Positions 20,047 to 29,981 of a stretch of 64,000 nt of DNA are shown here, one piece after another. The position numbers and the translations under genes are program-made. Within the stretch, counting starts at the first letter, position 1; every line of letters begins with the position of its first letter. Source of the stretch: Fibrobacteria bacterium (GTDB lineage Bacteria; Fibrobacterota; Fibrobacteria; UBA11236; JADFYW01); assembly GCA_050294405.1 (NCBI GenBank), contig JBNKOC010000012.1, positions 256,001-320,000 on the forward strand, given 5' to 3'. The notes beneath the pieces were generated by a model. It worked only from the letters and a program-made list of their open reading frames with translations. It made no database searches and had not been told where the DNA came from.

Positions 20047-20994
20047 ATGAGATCAGCTGGAATTGATTGGCTTAAGCTGTCATTGGCATTTATGGTTGTT
20101 GGGCTCCACAGTCAGTTGTTTTATGATGTTAACGCTTTAATAGGATACCTCGCAGTAAACGGAATATTTCGATTGGCAGTTCCAATTTTTTTTGTAATAA
20201 ATGGTTTTTATTTTTATTCAGCTATTATAAATGAAAAATTTAATCCCTGGTTAAAAAGAGCGTTTCGACTTTACTTGTTTTGGATGTTAATATATTCACC
20301 TTATTGGATTTCTTACCAAGGTTTATCAATTTCAACCCTTTATTATTTTATGAGAGATGTCCTTGTGGGGTATTGGCATTTGTGGTATGTAGCTGGGATG
20401 ATAGGTGCCGCATTAATTTTATATCTGATTCGGGGTGTGAAAAATAAATGGTTGTTTATTATACCTGTTTTATGTTTTGTAATAGGGACGGTTTTCCAGT
20501 ATATTTCAGCGCATTCGATTTTGAAAAATACCGTTTTGGCCCCATTTTTCCAGGGATCGTTGCTCCATAGGAATTTTTTATTTTTTGCATTCCCGTTTTT
20601 TTATGCTGGATACGTTATAAATAAAAATGCCTTTCATGAAAAAATATCCAAACGATTAGCTGGAAATATTTCCATTTTAGGAGTTATTGCTTTGTTACTT
20701 GAAGCGGGAGCGAACTTCTTCCAAAATGCCAAAAGCTTCAACCTTTATTTTTCACTTCCAATAGCTTCTATATTTATTTTCATTTATTGTTATAAATTAA
20801 ATTTTAGGGGAAATAGTAAGAATATTGCTTTGCTTTCCTCCGCAATATATTTTGTCCATGTTTTATTTTTAAACATTTTTAAGCTGTTTTTAGAGGTTAG
20901 TCCTACTTATTTGTTTGTATTGGTGTCCGCTGTTTCATTACTCATTTCATGGTTACTCGTTTTGATTAACAGGCGGTTTAAATTCATTTTATAG
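20047..20994 (+). CDS. Acyltransferase family 3 membrane protein (OafA-like)
   Basis: IDWLK, VVGLH, RLAVPIFFVINGF, HLWY and IYFVH motifs; multiple TM helices. Confidence 0.88.
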   Translation: MRSAGIDWLKLSLAFMVVGLHSQLFYDVNALIGYLAVNGIFRLAVPIFFVINGFYFYSAIINEKFNPWLKRAFRLYLFWMLIYSPYWISYQGLSISTLYYFMRDVLVGYWHLWYVAGMIGAALILYLIRGVKNKWLFIIPVLCFVIGTVFQYISAHSILKNTVLAPFFQGSLLHRNFLFFAFPFFYAGYVINKNAFHEKISKRLAGNISILGVIALLLEAGANFFQNAKSFNLYFSLPIASIFIFIYCYKLNFRGNSKNIALLSSAIYFVHVLFLNIFKLFLEVSPTYLFVLVSAVSLLISWLLVLINRRFKFIL

Positions 20995-21005
20995 CTTAAT
21001 TCGAG

Positions 21006-21899
21006 TTAGCCAAGTCCAAGTAAAAAAGCTCCAATCAACAAGGCAATTAAAGCCCAAAACTTATTTTTAAGATTCTGTTCTTTAAAAAAAAGGCCCCCGA
21101 GTATAAAGGATAAAAGAACTCCGCTTCGTCTTAACGGGGATATTAAGGAAATTAAGCTGCCCGTTTCTTGAATAGCTCTAAAATAAAGCAAATCGGAGCA
21201 TACTAATATAATTCCAATAAACGGCATGCTTATATGGAATTTTATTTTTTGAAGTTTGGGCAAACTCCAAATTATTAGAAGGCTTTGGCTTAAAAAAAGA
21301 TAAATGGAAAACCATGTTTGTAAGTAAAGATAAGGGATATTTAGTGATGTTAGTAAATACTTATCATAAAGAGCGCTGGCCGCCCCTAATAAGGTGGCTC
21401 CTAACATGGCAAAAATCCAGGGGTTGCTGATAAATTTTATTCCCTCTTTTTTTCCAATTAAAGAGAAGGATAAATAGGAAAATAGCACAATCGATAAGCC
21501 GAGCCATTGTAAGCCGGAGGGGCGTTCGGCGAATAAACATATTGCCCCTAATATGACCCAAAATGGCGCTGTGGCCCTTAATGGGGAAGCTATGGATATG
21601 GGTAAATGTTTAAGGCCAATGTAGGCCAGATTCCAGGATAGGTTTACTAGAATTGCTTTGAAAAATATGGCGATTTGCCAATTCAGTCTTAGTGTGTTTT
21701 CTAAACTAAGAATATGGTTTGCCCAGGCGAAGGGCAAGATAAAAAGCAATCCGCTTAAATTTGCTACCCATACAACCTTTACGGCGGGGTTGTTTTGCAG
21801 ACTCAACTTTTTTGAAAAATCATAAAAGCCAAGTAACAAGGCAGAAAGAAGGGAAATGGTTAAAACGTATCCGGACATAAATTTTGGCGAATTTAGCAA
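21006..21899 (-). CDS. EamA/DMT family transporter
   Basis: About ten hydrophobic helices in two repeats; LPISIASPL, LFAE and FFKE motifs. Confidence 0.85.
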   Translation of the reverse strand: MLNSPKFMSGYVLTISLLSALLLGFYDFSKKLSLQNNPAVKVVWVANLSGLLFILPFAWANHILSLENTLRLNWQIAIFFKAILVNLSWNLAYIGLKHLPISIASPLRATAPFWVILGAICLFAERPSGLQWLGLSIVLFSYLSFSLIGKKEGIKFISNPWIFAMLGATLLGAASALYDKYLLTSLNIPYLYLQTWFSIYLFLSQSLLIIWSLPKLQKIKFHISMPFIGIILVCSDLLYFRAIQETGSLISLISPLRRSGVLLSFILGGLFFKEQNLKNKFWALIALLIGAFLLGLG

Positions 21900-22107
21900 A
21901 TGCGAGCTGCTATGCAGGGCTTAGGCCTGCATCTTTTGGGTTTTTTGAGGGAACGCTGAGTTTTAGTGAATACAATAATTTGTAATAAATTTATTTAAAA
22001 ATTAAATAAATATCTTTAACTTATTAATTTATAATAATTTATGAAATTTTTAATGAATACTAAAAATGTGTAGAAAAAATATTTAAATCAATTATATTAA
22101 ATTAGGT

Positions 22108-22953
22108 ATGAGTCTTAAAAAATTAAAGTCAGTTTATTCTTATTCGGATTTCAGAGAATACCTGAAAGATTTTTATAAGCTGCGCATCATGGAAAAAGCA
22201 GATTATTCCCATCGAGCTATGGCCAAGGAGTTGGGCTTTTCTTCGCCTAACTATATAAAATTGGTTATGGATGGAAAGCGAAACATTGGTCTTAAAGCTC
22301 TTGATAAACTGTCCGAAGGCTTAAAGTTGCGCGAAAAAGAAAAAGAGTATTTTTCCAGCTTGGTGTTTTTTTGCCAGGCAAAAAACTCCATTGAAAAAAA
22401 GTTTTACTTTGGACAATTGGCTTCTTTTAAACCTTCTGTAAAAAAAAGCGCGTTAACCCCCAATGAATATAGATATTACAACGACTGGTATAACTGCGCA
22501 GTAAGAGAATTGGTTGTGCGGGAAGAGATACCTGTTCAAGCCAAAAATATCGCTTCTAAAATTGTTCCCAACCTAACTGTAAAACAAGTAGAAAAGTCAA
22601 TTGAATTGCTGAAAGATTTGGGTTTAATCAGCGGCAATTCAGAGCAGGGTTACAAACTGGAGTCTCAATTTATCGCGACCGATAAAGAAGTAACATCTTT
22701 AGGAATACGCAATTTTCATGGAACCATGATGGATTTGGGAAAGGCTTCTATGGATAGGTTTGCGGGAAAAGATAGGGAAATATCATCCTTAACATTATGT
22801 ATTTCTGAAACGTGTAAGAAAAAAATCAAGAGTAAAATACATGAATGGCAAAATGAAATTTTAGAAATGGTAAAAGAAGATCAGGGTTCCAATAGGGTCC
22901 ACCAATTAAACTTTCAGTTTTTTCCCCTTAGCGGAACTGAGGGTGAATCATGA
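22108..22953 (+). CDS. TIGR02147 family protein (N-terminal HTH, C-terminal DUF4423), putative regulator
   Basis: YSDFREYL, SHRAMAKELGFSSPNY, GKRN, WYNCAVREL, REISSLTL, QLNFQFFPLS. Confidence 0.85.
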   Translation: MSLKKLKSVYSYSDFREYLKDFYKLRIMEKADYSHRAMAKELGFSSPNYIKLVMDGKRNIGLKALDKLSEGLKLREKEKEYFSSLVFFCQAKNSIEKKFYFGQLASFKPSVKKSALTPNEYRYYNDWYNCAVRELVVREEIPVQAKNIASKIVPNLTVKQVEKSIELLKDLGLISGNSEQGYKLESQFIATDKEVTSLGIRNFHGTMMDLGKASMDRFAGKDREISSLTLCISETCKKKIKSKIHEWQNEILEMVKEDQGSNRVHQLNFQFFPLSGTEGES

Positions 22954-24602
22954 AAATTTTTCAAAACTTAACACAGATATTATTCTTAGGGGTTATCGCT
23001 TTTAGTCTTTCCCAGTGCAGCTCAGGAGAGAAGCTGGCCGGGGATGGTAGCGGTACCCAAACAGGAAACCCTTCTGTTACGGGTTTTGCGGTGGATTCTA
23101 CTGGAACTTTGTTGCCAAATGCCAATGTAATATTGAGAAAAAGCGATTATCTATCTCCCATTCCTTCGGCAATGGCTAAAGCTCCGGCAGATTTTTTTAA
23201 CGGACGAACAGATTCTCTGGGTGGGTTTCGTTTAGATTCCATTATTCCTGGCAATTACATTCTGGAAATTAACAACAATGAGGGATTATCCCTGGCTCAA
23301 AAAATTCTTGTGGAGGAAAATTCCACTCTCGTGTTAGATACATTAAACCTCAAGCCGAACGGAATTATAACTGGTTACATACCTGTGTCGGATAATATGG
23401 CAAATGGCTTGTTTATCCAAATATTTGGCTTGGAAAGGCTAGTTGAGGTCAACTCAGACTCTGGCTTTTTTTCTTTTACAAATATTCCCGAAGGAATTTA
23501 TGATTTGCGATTGGTATCCAGAGATTCAAATTCTGTAGATACGGTTTTTGAAGATGTGTCAGCCAGCCCGGGAGCAATTACAGAGATCTCCTATTATCCC
23601 GATTGGAGTTACCGGGCATCCATTGATTTAGGGCTGGATAGTTTGCTTCAAGATCAAAATGAATCGATCTCTGATTTTCCAATGTTAATACGTTTAACCA
23701 GTGAAAATTTTGATTTTTCCCAGGCAAGAAAAGAAGCTGAGGATTTGCGGTTTTTAAATAATCAGCAAATTGAAATTCCCTTTGAAGTGGAGTATTGGGA
23801 TAGTGCGACAGCCCTGGGTATTGTATGGGTGAAAGTGGATAGCCTTTCCCAAGCTAAAAACAATTCCATTCAGATGTTATGGGGAAACTCCATGGGAAAA
23901 TCAGCGGAAAACAGTTTTTCCGTATTTGACTCCTCCCAGGATTACTTGGCTGTATGGCATATGGGTCAGTCTGGTGGAGATATTATGATGGATGCTACCC
24001 GGCATAGTGTTAAAGGGGCTCCAGAGGGGATGGATGGCTCTTCTGATGTTATTGGACAAATAGGGCGTTCCCAAATTTTTGATGGGCTTGCCAGTCAAAT
24101 TGTGGTCTCCGATTCAAGCCAAGGAACTATTCCAAAAATAAACTTATCCAGTTACATGCTGTCCAGTTGGGTATATCTGGATTCATTGGTAGAAAACAAC
24201 CAGACTATTTTTTCTTCAGCAAATGGGGAGATTTCTTTATCGGTCAGTGCTTCCGGGCAATGGGAGTATATAGAAAAAAGAGATTCTTTAAATTCAGATA
24301 CTTTGAATTGGCAAGCCAAATCTAATGAATGGGTTTACTTGGCAATGGGTAGAGTGGGCGATAATCTGAATTTTTATGTAAATGGCGAATTGGTTGCCGA
24401 AAAACAAACATCTTCAGTTTCTCAAGAAAATGTAAGTTGGCAAGGCTTTTTAATTGGCAAGGGGCCAGTGGACAATTCTTTATGGTTTAGGGGTAAGATA
24501 GATGAGGTCCGGGTATTAAGGGCAACCCGGACCTCTGATTGGATTCGACTATGCTACGAGTCTCAAAAATCGGGGCATATTGCAAAGCTGAATATTAAAT
24601 AA
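22950..24602 (+). CDS. Lipoprotein with carboxypeptidase-regulatory-like, DUF2341 and LamG/ConA-like domains
   Basis: Lipobox-like SLSQC then GSGTQTGNP; FPMLIRL, DLRF, WVKV (DUF2341); FRGKIDEVR (LamG); ATGA overlap with TIGR02147 gene. Confidence 0.8.
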   Translation: MKIFQNLTQILFLGVIAFSLSQCSSGEKLAGDGSGTQTGNPSVTGFAVDSTGTLLPNANVILRKSDYLSPIPSAMAKAPADFFNGRTDSLGGFRLDSIIPGNYILEINNNEGLSLAQKILVEENSTLVLDTLNLKPNGIITGYIPVSDNMANGLFIQIFGLERLVEVNSDSGFFSFTNIPEGIYDLRLVSRDSNSVDTVFEDVSASPGAITEISYYPDWSYRASIDLGLDSLLQDQNESISDFPMLIRLTSENFDFSQARKEAEDLRFLNNQQIEIPFEVEYWDSATALGIVWVKVDSLSQAKNNSIQMLWGNSMGKSAENSFSVFDSSQDYLAVWHMGQSGGDIMMDATRHSVKGAPEGMDGSSDVIGQIGRSQIFDGLASQIVVSDSSQGTIPKINLSSYMLSSWVYLDSLVENNQTIFSSANGEISLSVSASGQWEYIEKRDSLNSDTLNWQAKSNEWVYLAMGRVGDNLNFYVNGELVAEKQTSSVSQENVSWQGFLIGKGPVDNSLWFRGKIDEVRVLRATRTSDWIRLCYESQKSGHIAKLNIK

Positions 24603-24632
24603 AAAGATTCATTTTTTTAGGAGAGAAAAATA

Positions 24633-26786
24633 ATGAAGAAAAGATTCGACAAAATTTGGGCTGTACTTTTTTTGGTACTAAGTGGAATAATGCACACCGC
24701 GGCACAGGATTTCAATATGATCGGATTTGCTGCTGTAAATGCCGAGGGCATGTCAACAACCACTGGTGGGCAGGGTGGTTCGGTAATTAATATCAGCAGT
24801 TTATCTCAATTGCAAGATTGGGGCGCCAGTCGGGAAAAAAACACCAGCCCTGAAATAGTAAATATTTCAGGTACGATTTCTGCTTCCAGCAGTACTGTAA
24901 TTACCATTAAAAATGGGGCTAATATTTCCATTATTGGAACGGGTAATAATGCCGAATTAGTGAACGTGGGATTAAATATTCGAGATTATGATAATGTTAT
25001 CGTTCGAAATTTGAAAATCAGAGAGGTGTTGTACCCTAACGATGGAATTACTTTGGATGGAGTGAACCATGCCTGGGTAGATCATTGCGAGCTGCATAGC
25101 AAAATTGGAGATGGAATCGGGGTGGATACTTATGATGGTTTATTGGACATTAAAAATGGGTCCAGATATATAACTGTTTCCTGGAATTATTTTCACGATC
25201 ATATGAAATGCAATTTAGTGGGGCATACAAACAGTACTAGTCAACAGGAATTGGATAGCCAAATTAAGGTAACTTATCACCACAATTGGTTTGCCAGAAC
25301 AAATGGTCGAAACCCCAGTTTGCGCTTTGGTGCGGCTCATATGTTTAACAATTATTTTGAAGATATTGATGACTATGGAATTGCTGCCAGGGTGGGCGCT
25401 CATGCGAAAATGGAAAATAATCATTACCACAATGTCAAGCTCCCCATGAGCACGGATAAGTTTCCGGTGGATGGACTGCCCAATGGTTACATATGTGAAA
25501 CTGGAAATATTTTTTCAGGAACAAGTGGGGGCAATGTGATATCCCAGGATGGATGCAATTACTGGAATAGCAGCACTTTGCCTTATAGTTATAGCCTGGA
25601 TGCTGTAAACACGGTGGAAGGTATTACAAAGTTATACACTGGAGTGGGTAAATTAGAAGGCGGAACCGATGCTTTTATATTAAATGTCCAATCTGGCGAA
25701 AATGGGACTGTTAGTTTAAACCCTGGTGGGGGCGTTTATGCAAGTGGCACAGAAGTTACCATTACTGCGGAACCGGATTTTGGATATGAGTTTGTCGGTT
25801 GGTCAGGAGATGCCAGTGGAAACGCAATTAGTGTAACAATTACAATGGATTCGGAAAAAAATATTACTGCAAATTTTCAGGAATATTCTGGCCCAACTTA
25901 TGAATTAACATTGGAAACTTTAGGCGGGGGAGACGTGAGTGTAAATCCTGAACAGGGGCCTTATCCTGCTGGCACTGAAGTTATTTTAACAGCAGTTCCT
26001 AAATTGGGTTTTGAATTCTCTTCTTGGTCTGGTGCCTCAGCAGGTTCTGCAAACCCTTTAACATTAACCATGGACAGTGATCTGGATATCAAGGCGGAGT
26101 TTGTGGAAAAAAACTCCGATAGCTGGACTACCATTGAAGCAGAGTCTGCAAAATGGGCATCGGGCAAGGCTGCTGTAGAAGAAGAATACACAGGATTCTC
26201 AGGGTCTGGATATGTGAACACCGAAAATGAATCGGGCGTATACATCGAATTCGAATTAGATGCAGCCCAATTGGGAGAATATCAAGTGAATGTATATTAC
26301 GCCCTTGGAGTTGAGGGTAATCGCCCCATGGGTATTGTGGTAAATGGAGAAGAATTGTTTGAAATGGATGGAAACTCAACCTCCGATTGGTCACAGTGGA
26401 CTCCAGTAAACTTTACTATCAGTCTTGATGAAGGAAAAAATAATTTCAGGATTGTGGGGAGTGCATCGGAAGGCTTACCGAACATTGACAAAATTGAAGT
26501 GAAACAGGGGGCAAGTTTAAGGCACCAAACAAAGAAAACGCCAAAGTTTTTATCAGTTACCCAGCTTAATGGAATAGATCAAGTACGCGTGGATTTACCT
26601 ACAAATAATTTAAGAGACATGAAACTAGGGGTTTTTGATGTGTTTGGGAATAGGTTAAATAGTTTTAGTTTGTCTGACAACGATATGAGTGTATTGATTC
26701 CGACCAAAGGATTCATTGCTGGAATGTATATATTGGTTTTGCAATCAGAAAAACAGGTTTTTTATAAAAAATTTCTGATAAAATAG
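24633..26786 (+). CDS. Secreted PL1 pectate lyase with two InlB-B-like repeats, a CBM35/CBM6-like module and a T9SS-type C-terminal domain
   Basis: TTGGQGG, NVIVRNL, WVDH, DGLLD, HHNWF, RNPSLRFG; FxxWSG repeats; IEAE and GFSGSGYV; GMYIL...KKFLIK tail. Confidence 0.9.
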   Translation: MKKRFDKIWAVLFLVLSGIMHTAAQDFNMIGFAAVNAEGMSTTTGGQGGSVINISSLSQLQDWGASREKNTSPEIVNISGTISASSSTVITIKNGANISIIGTGNNAELVNVGLNIRDYDNVIVRNLKIREVLYPNDGITLDGVNHAWVDHCELHSKIGDGIGVDTYDGLLDIKNGSRYITVSWNYFHDHMKCNLVGHTNSTSQQELDSQIKVTYHHNWFARTNGRNPSLRFGAAHMFNNYFEDIDDYGIAARVGAHAKMENNHYHNVKLPMSTDKFPVDGLPNGYICETGNIFSGTSGGNVISQDGCNYWNSSTLPYSYSLDAVNTVEGITKLYTGVGKLEGGTDAFILNVQSGENGTVSLNPGGGVYASGTEVTITAEPDFGYEFVGWSGDASGNAISVTITMDSEKNITANFQEYSGPTYELTLETLGGGDVSVNPEQGPYPAGTEVILTAVPKLGFEFSSWSGASAGSANPLTLTMDSDLDIKAEFVEKNSDSWTTIEAESAKWASGKAAVEEEYTGFSGSGYVNTENESGVYIEFELDAAQLGEYQVNVYYALGVEGNRPMGIVVNGEELFEMDGNSTSDWSQWTPVNFTISLDEGKNNFRIVGSASEGLPNIDKIEVKQGASLRHQTKKTPKFLSVTQLNGIDQVRVDLPTNNLRDMKLGVFDVFGNRLNSFSLSDNDMSVLIPTKGFIAGMYILVLQSEKQVFYKKFLIK

Positions 26787-26793
26787 TTTAACC

Positions 26794-26850
26794 AGCCAGC
26801 CTTTTTATTATAAAGCCGGACCTAGTCAATTGGGGCTGGCTTTTCTTTTT
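26794..26850 (+). terminator. Possible intrinsic terminator
   Basis: AGCCAGCC...GGCTGGCT stem followed by a T-rich tract; the loop is unusually long. Confidence 0.4.
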
Positions 26851-27103
26851 CCTTAATATTCAATATGGAAAATGCTGGGTTTGAATTCGCTTTTTTCATT
26901 TAAAATTAAAGTTAGGTTTGTTTTGCTATTTTTGGTAATAATGAATCATTATAATTCAATTTTTTAAAAAATTTAGCGATAAATAAATTAATTTAATTCA
27001 TAAAGCATTGAATTATAATGACTTAAAATTTAATTAAAAAACGACATGAATCATTTTATGTTTTTGATTAGATTAAATCTTAAAATATCCTGGGGTTAAA
27101 AAT

Positions 27104-27961
27104 TTGAAAAACAACATCTTACCATCCATTTTCAATTTTCTGGATTACAGGAAATACCTGGAGGAGGCCTTTCAGTCTATTAAAGAGGCTAACCCAAAAT
27201 ATTCTTACCGAAACTTTAGCCGTGATGCCGGTTACGGGAGCCCTAATTTTTTACAACAAGTTATATCGGGTTCCCGAAAGCTTAACCTTATGGCCTTAGA
27301 GGGTACCATAAGGGCTTTGAAGTTAAATAAAAAAGAGTCCGAATATTTAAGGTATTTGGTTCGTTTTGATGGAGCCAGGAGTTTTAAAGAGAGGGAAGAA
27401 TACTATCAGAATATTCTGAAAATGCGCAGCCAAGAGGCGGTTAAGCCTATAGAACATAAGCAATTTCAATATTTCAGCGAATGGTATCACCCTGTGGTCC
27501 GGGAATTGGTTGTGCTAGAGGAATTGCAGGGTGATGCCAAATTAATTGCTGATAACATTGAGCCCAATGTTACTGAAGCGCAAGTTGAAAAATCCATATC
27601 CCTGTTACAGGAACTAGGCCTAATTGGTAAGGATCCTGATACGGGAAATTGGAAGCAAATGGAAACAATTATTAGTACATCCTCAGATGTGTCCTCAATT
27701 GCCTTAAGAGCTTTCCATAAAAAAATGATTGGACTTTCAGCTGAGAGTATCGAACGTTTTACTTCCAAAGAAAGAGATGTCAGAGGGATAACTCTTGGGC
27801 TTAGTGAAGATGGTTATGCTATGGCTAAATCAAAAATTAAGGCCCTGTGGGACGAAATCATTTCCCTGGCGGAAAAAGACAAAAATATAAAAAAGGTATT
27901 TCAGATTAATTTTCAATTATTTCCAGTTTCAAAGTCCAGAGGCGATGTAAATGATAAATAA
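27104..27961 (+). CDS. TIGR02147 family protein (second paralogue)
   Basis: FLDYRKYL, YSYRNFSRDAGYGSPNF, GSRKL, WYHPVVREL, RDVRGITL, QINFQLFPVS. Confidence 0.87.
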   Translation: MKNNILPSIFNFLDYRKYLEEAFQSIKEANPKYSYRNFSRDAGYGSPNFLQQVISGSRKLNLMALEGTIRALKLNKKESEYLRYLVRFDGARSFKEREEYYQNILKMRSQEAVKPIEHKQFQYFSEWYHPVVRELVVLEELQGDAKLIADNIEPNVTEAQVEKSISLLQELGLIGKDPDTGNWKQMETIISTSSDVSSIALRAFHKKMIGLSAESIERFTSKERDVRGITLGLSEDGYAMAKSKIKALWDEIISLAEKDKNIKKVFQINFQLFPVSKSRGDVNDK

Positions 27962-28817
27962 GCTAAAATCTGTTGAATGGTATATTCTGGTTGCCGCGTT
28001 GATATTTTCAGGATGTGCGGGTGGCACTGGCGAAGGCAATCCCGAGATAGGAAGCCTCTCTATTTCCCTTCGCGCAATTGGAAGTCCCGCACTTGCAAAA
28101 AACTCCGATGCACCTGCTTCATTTTCTGTGGCGCCTTCCATGGCTATAACCGATACATTGATGTTAGTCGATAAACAATTTTCTGTTTTCACGATAACTA
28201 ACGTATTTGTGAATGTGGAGGAAGTTGAGGTCCGAATTCCGGAATATGGTTTTTGCCAAAATTCGGATAGCATACAATGTACAGATTCCACCATTACTAT
28301 TGCCGGACCATTTTTTGCGGATCTTTTGGAAATTTTAAGTCCGGCAATCGTGAACGATATTCCTTTGCCAAAAGGAGTGTTCAATCAAATGAAAATTTTA
28401 TTTAGCAAATTGGAAGCGGATGAAATAGAAAACATTCCCATTACATATGAACCATTGGTTGGCCATGCGATTGTTATGAAAGGATTTTTCTCCTATAACG
28501 GCATTTCCAATCGCCCCTTGACTATTCAGCTTGATTTTGATGAGACATTTGTCTTTGAAAACAATATAGGATTAGAGGTGGCGTCGGATTCATCCTACAA
28601 CTGGGCCGGGTTGTTTTTTGCACCAGCTTGGTTTAGTAACTTGGAAGTGGCCAAATGCCTGGACAGTAATCAATTGGTTTTGGAGGATGATGGGGGGTTA
28701 ATAATTAATAGCCAATCATCTTGTAACAATATTGACGAGGTCATTATTGAAAATGTAAAACAAGCGACATCCTTATGGGAGCACCTTGAGGAAGATGATG
28801 AAGATGATTTCAACTAA
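27951..28817 (+). CDS. Acidic lipoprotein of unknown function
   Basis: Lipobox IFSGC followed by AGGTGEGNP; start overlaps the TIGR02147 stop. Confidence 0.7.
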   Translation: MINKLKSVEWYILVAALIFSGCAGGTGEGNPEIGSLSISLRAIGSPALAKNSDAPASFSVAPSMAITDTLMLVDKQFSVFTITNVFVNVEEVEVRIPEYGFCQNSDSIQCTDSTITIAGPFFADLLEILSPAIVNDIPLPKGVFNQMKILFSKLEADEIENIPITYEPLVGHAIVMKGFFSYNGISNRPLTIQLDFDETFVFENNIGLEVASDSSYNWAGLFFAPAWFSNLEVAKCLDSNQLVLEDDGGLIINSQSSCNNIDEVIIENVKQATSLWEHLEEDDEDDFN

Positions 28818-29976
28818 AAATTTTCTAACACTATTGGTTTTGGGAGTTGGAATGGTTCTCCTACGATGCAAATCCCATGAATCTTCCTATGAAATCCATG
28901 AATTTGAAATAAAGCCTAATTTGGCCAATGGAAATATGCCAAAAGATGGGTTCCACAACTTCTCTTCCGGACAAATGGGGGAGATGGGCTCCCGGTCACA
29001 AGTGGAAATCAAATTTGATACACCTAAGGGTTGGGTATCGGAGCCGGGAAGCGGGATGCGTGCTGCAACATTTAAAATAGCGGATGGAGACAGTAATAAA
29101 GAAGCGACCATTGTTATTTTACCCAATGCCAATGATGGGTTTATTGGAAACATCAGCAGATGGCTGGGCCAAATAAACATTGTTTTGGCAAACGACCAAT
29201 TAAGCCAATTCATAGAAGAAAGGCAGAAGTTTGTCACAGTGAATAATGCTGATGGGTCTTTTTTTGATTTTACTAAGTTGGAAGAATTCGGACGGCCCAA
29301 TCAGGAATATATGTTAGCGTCGATTCTTAAAATTGGTAATAAATCAGTTTTTGTAAAGCTTACTGGAAATGTTGAATTTCTATCAAATCATAAAGAATCA
29401 TTATTAACTCTTTCTAAATCTATTCGCTTTAGCGATAAAGAGGATTTAAATGAAACTGGTGCCGCTGGGGTCGCACAAGTTGATCCCAATATGCAAACAT
29501 CAGACCCCAACTTTAATCAAGTTGCGGACGGGGTATCGGAACTTAGTTGGCAAACACCTGAAGGTTGGAAATCCCTAAATGCCTCAGGAATGCGTACGGG
29601 CAGTTTTGAAATTTCTTACAACGGGAAAAAAGCCGATGGCAGTATCATTCAATTGCCCGGACCAGCTGGAGGAATTGAAAATAATGTACGGCGCTGGATG
29701 GAGCAGATAGGTGCGGTTCCTATGGATGAACAAGAGTTTCAAAAATTTTTGTCGAATCAAAAAAAAGTACAAACCAGGGACGGATACAAAGGGATTTTGG
29801 TGGATTTGACCAATTTGTTAAGCGGAGATTTGACTCAAGGAAATTCAATTGTGGCTGTCATTATATCGACCGAACGTGAAACTATTTTTTTAAAATTAAC
29901 GGGTCCTAAAGTCGTTTTAAAACAAAATGTGGATGCGCTTGCGGAACTTTCCTCCAGCTTAAAAATGGCGTCTTAG
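28786..29976 (+). CDS. Exported protein with a duplicated domain, upstream of cytochrome c biogenesis genes (start likely 28795-28804)
   Basis: Two copies of TP(K/E)GW...SGMR...N(I/V)xRWxxQI...F(V/L)KLTG. Confidence 0.7.
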   Translation: MRKMMKMISTKNFLTLLVLGVGMVLLRCKSHESSYEIHEFEIKPNLANGNMPKDGFHNFSSGQMGEMGSRSQVEIKFDTPKGWVSEPGSGMRAATFKIADGDSNKEATIVILPNANDGFIGNISRWLGQINIVLANDQLSQFIEERQKFVTVNNADGSFFDFTKLEEFGRPNQEYMLASILKIGNKSVFVKLTGNVEFLSNHKESLLTLSKSIRFSDKEDLNETGAAGVAQVDPNMQTSDPNFNQVADGVSELSWQTPEGWKSLNASGMRTGSFEISYNGKKADGSIIQLPGPAGGIENNVRRWMEQIGAVPMDEQEFQKFLSNQKKVQTRDGYKGILVDLTNLLSGDLTQGNSIVAVIISTERETIFLKLTGPKVVLKQNVDALAELSSSLKMAS

Positions 29977-29981
29977 TAAAT

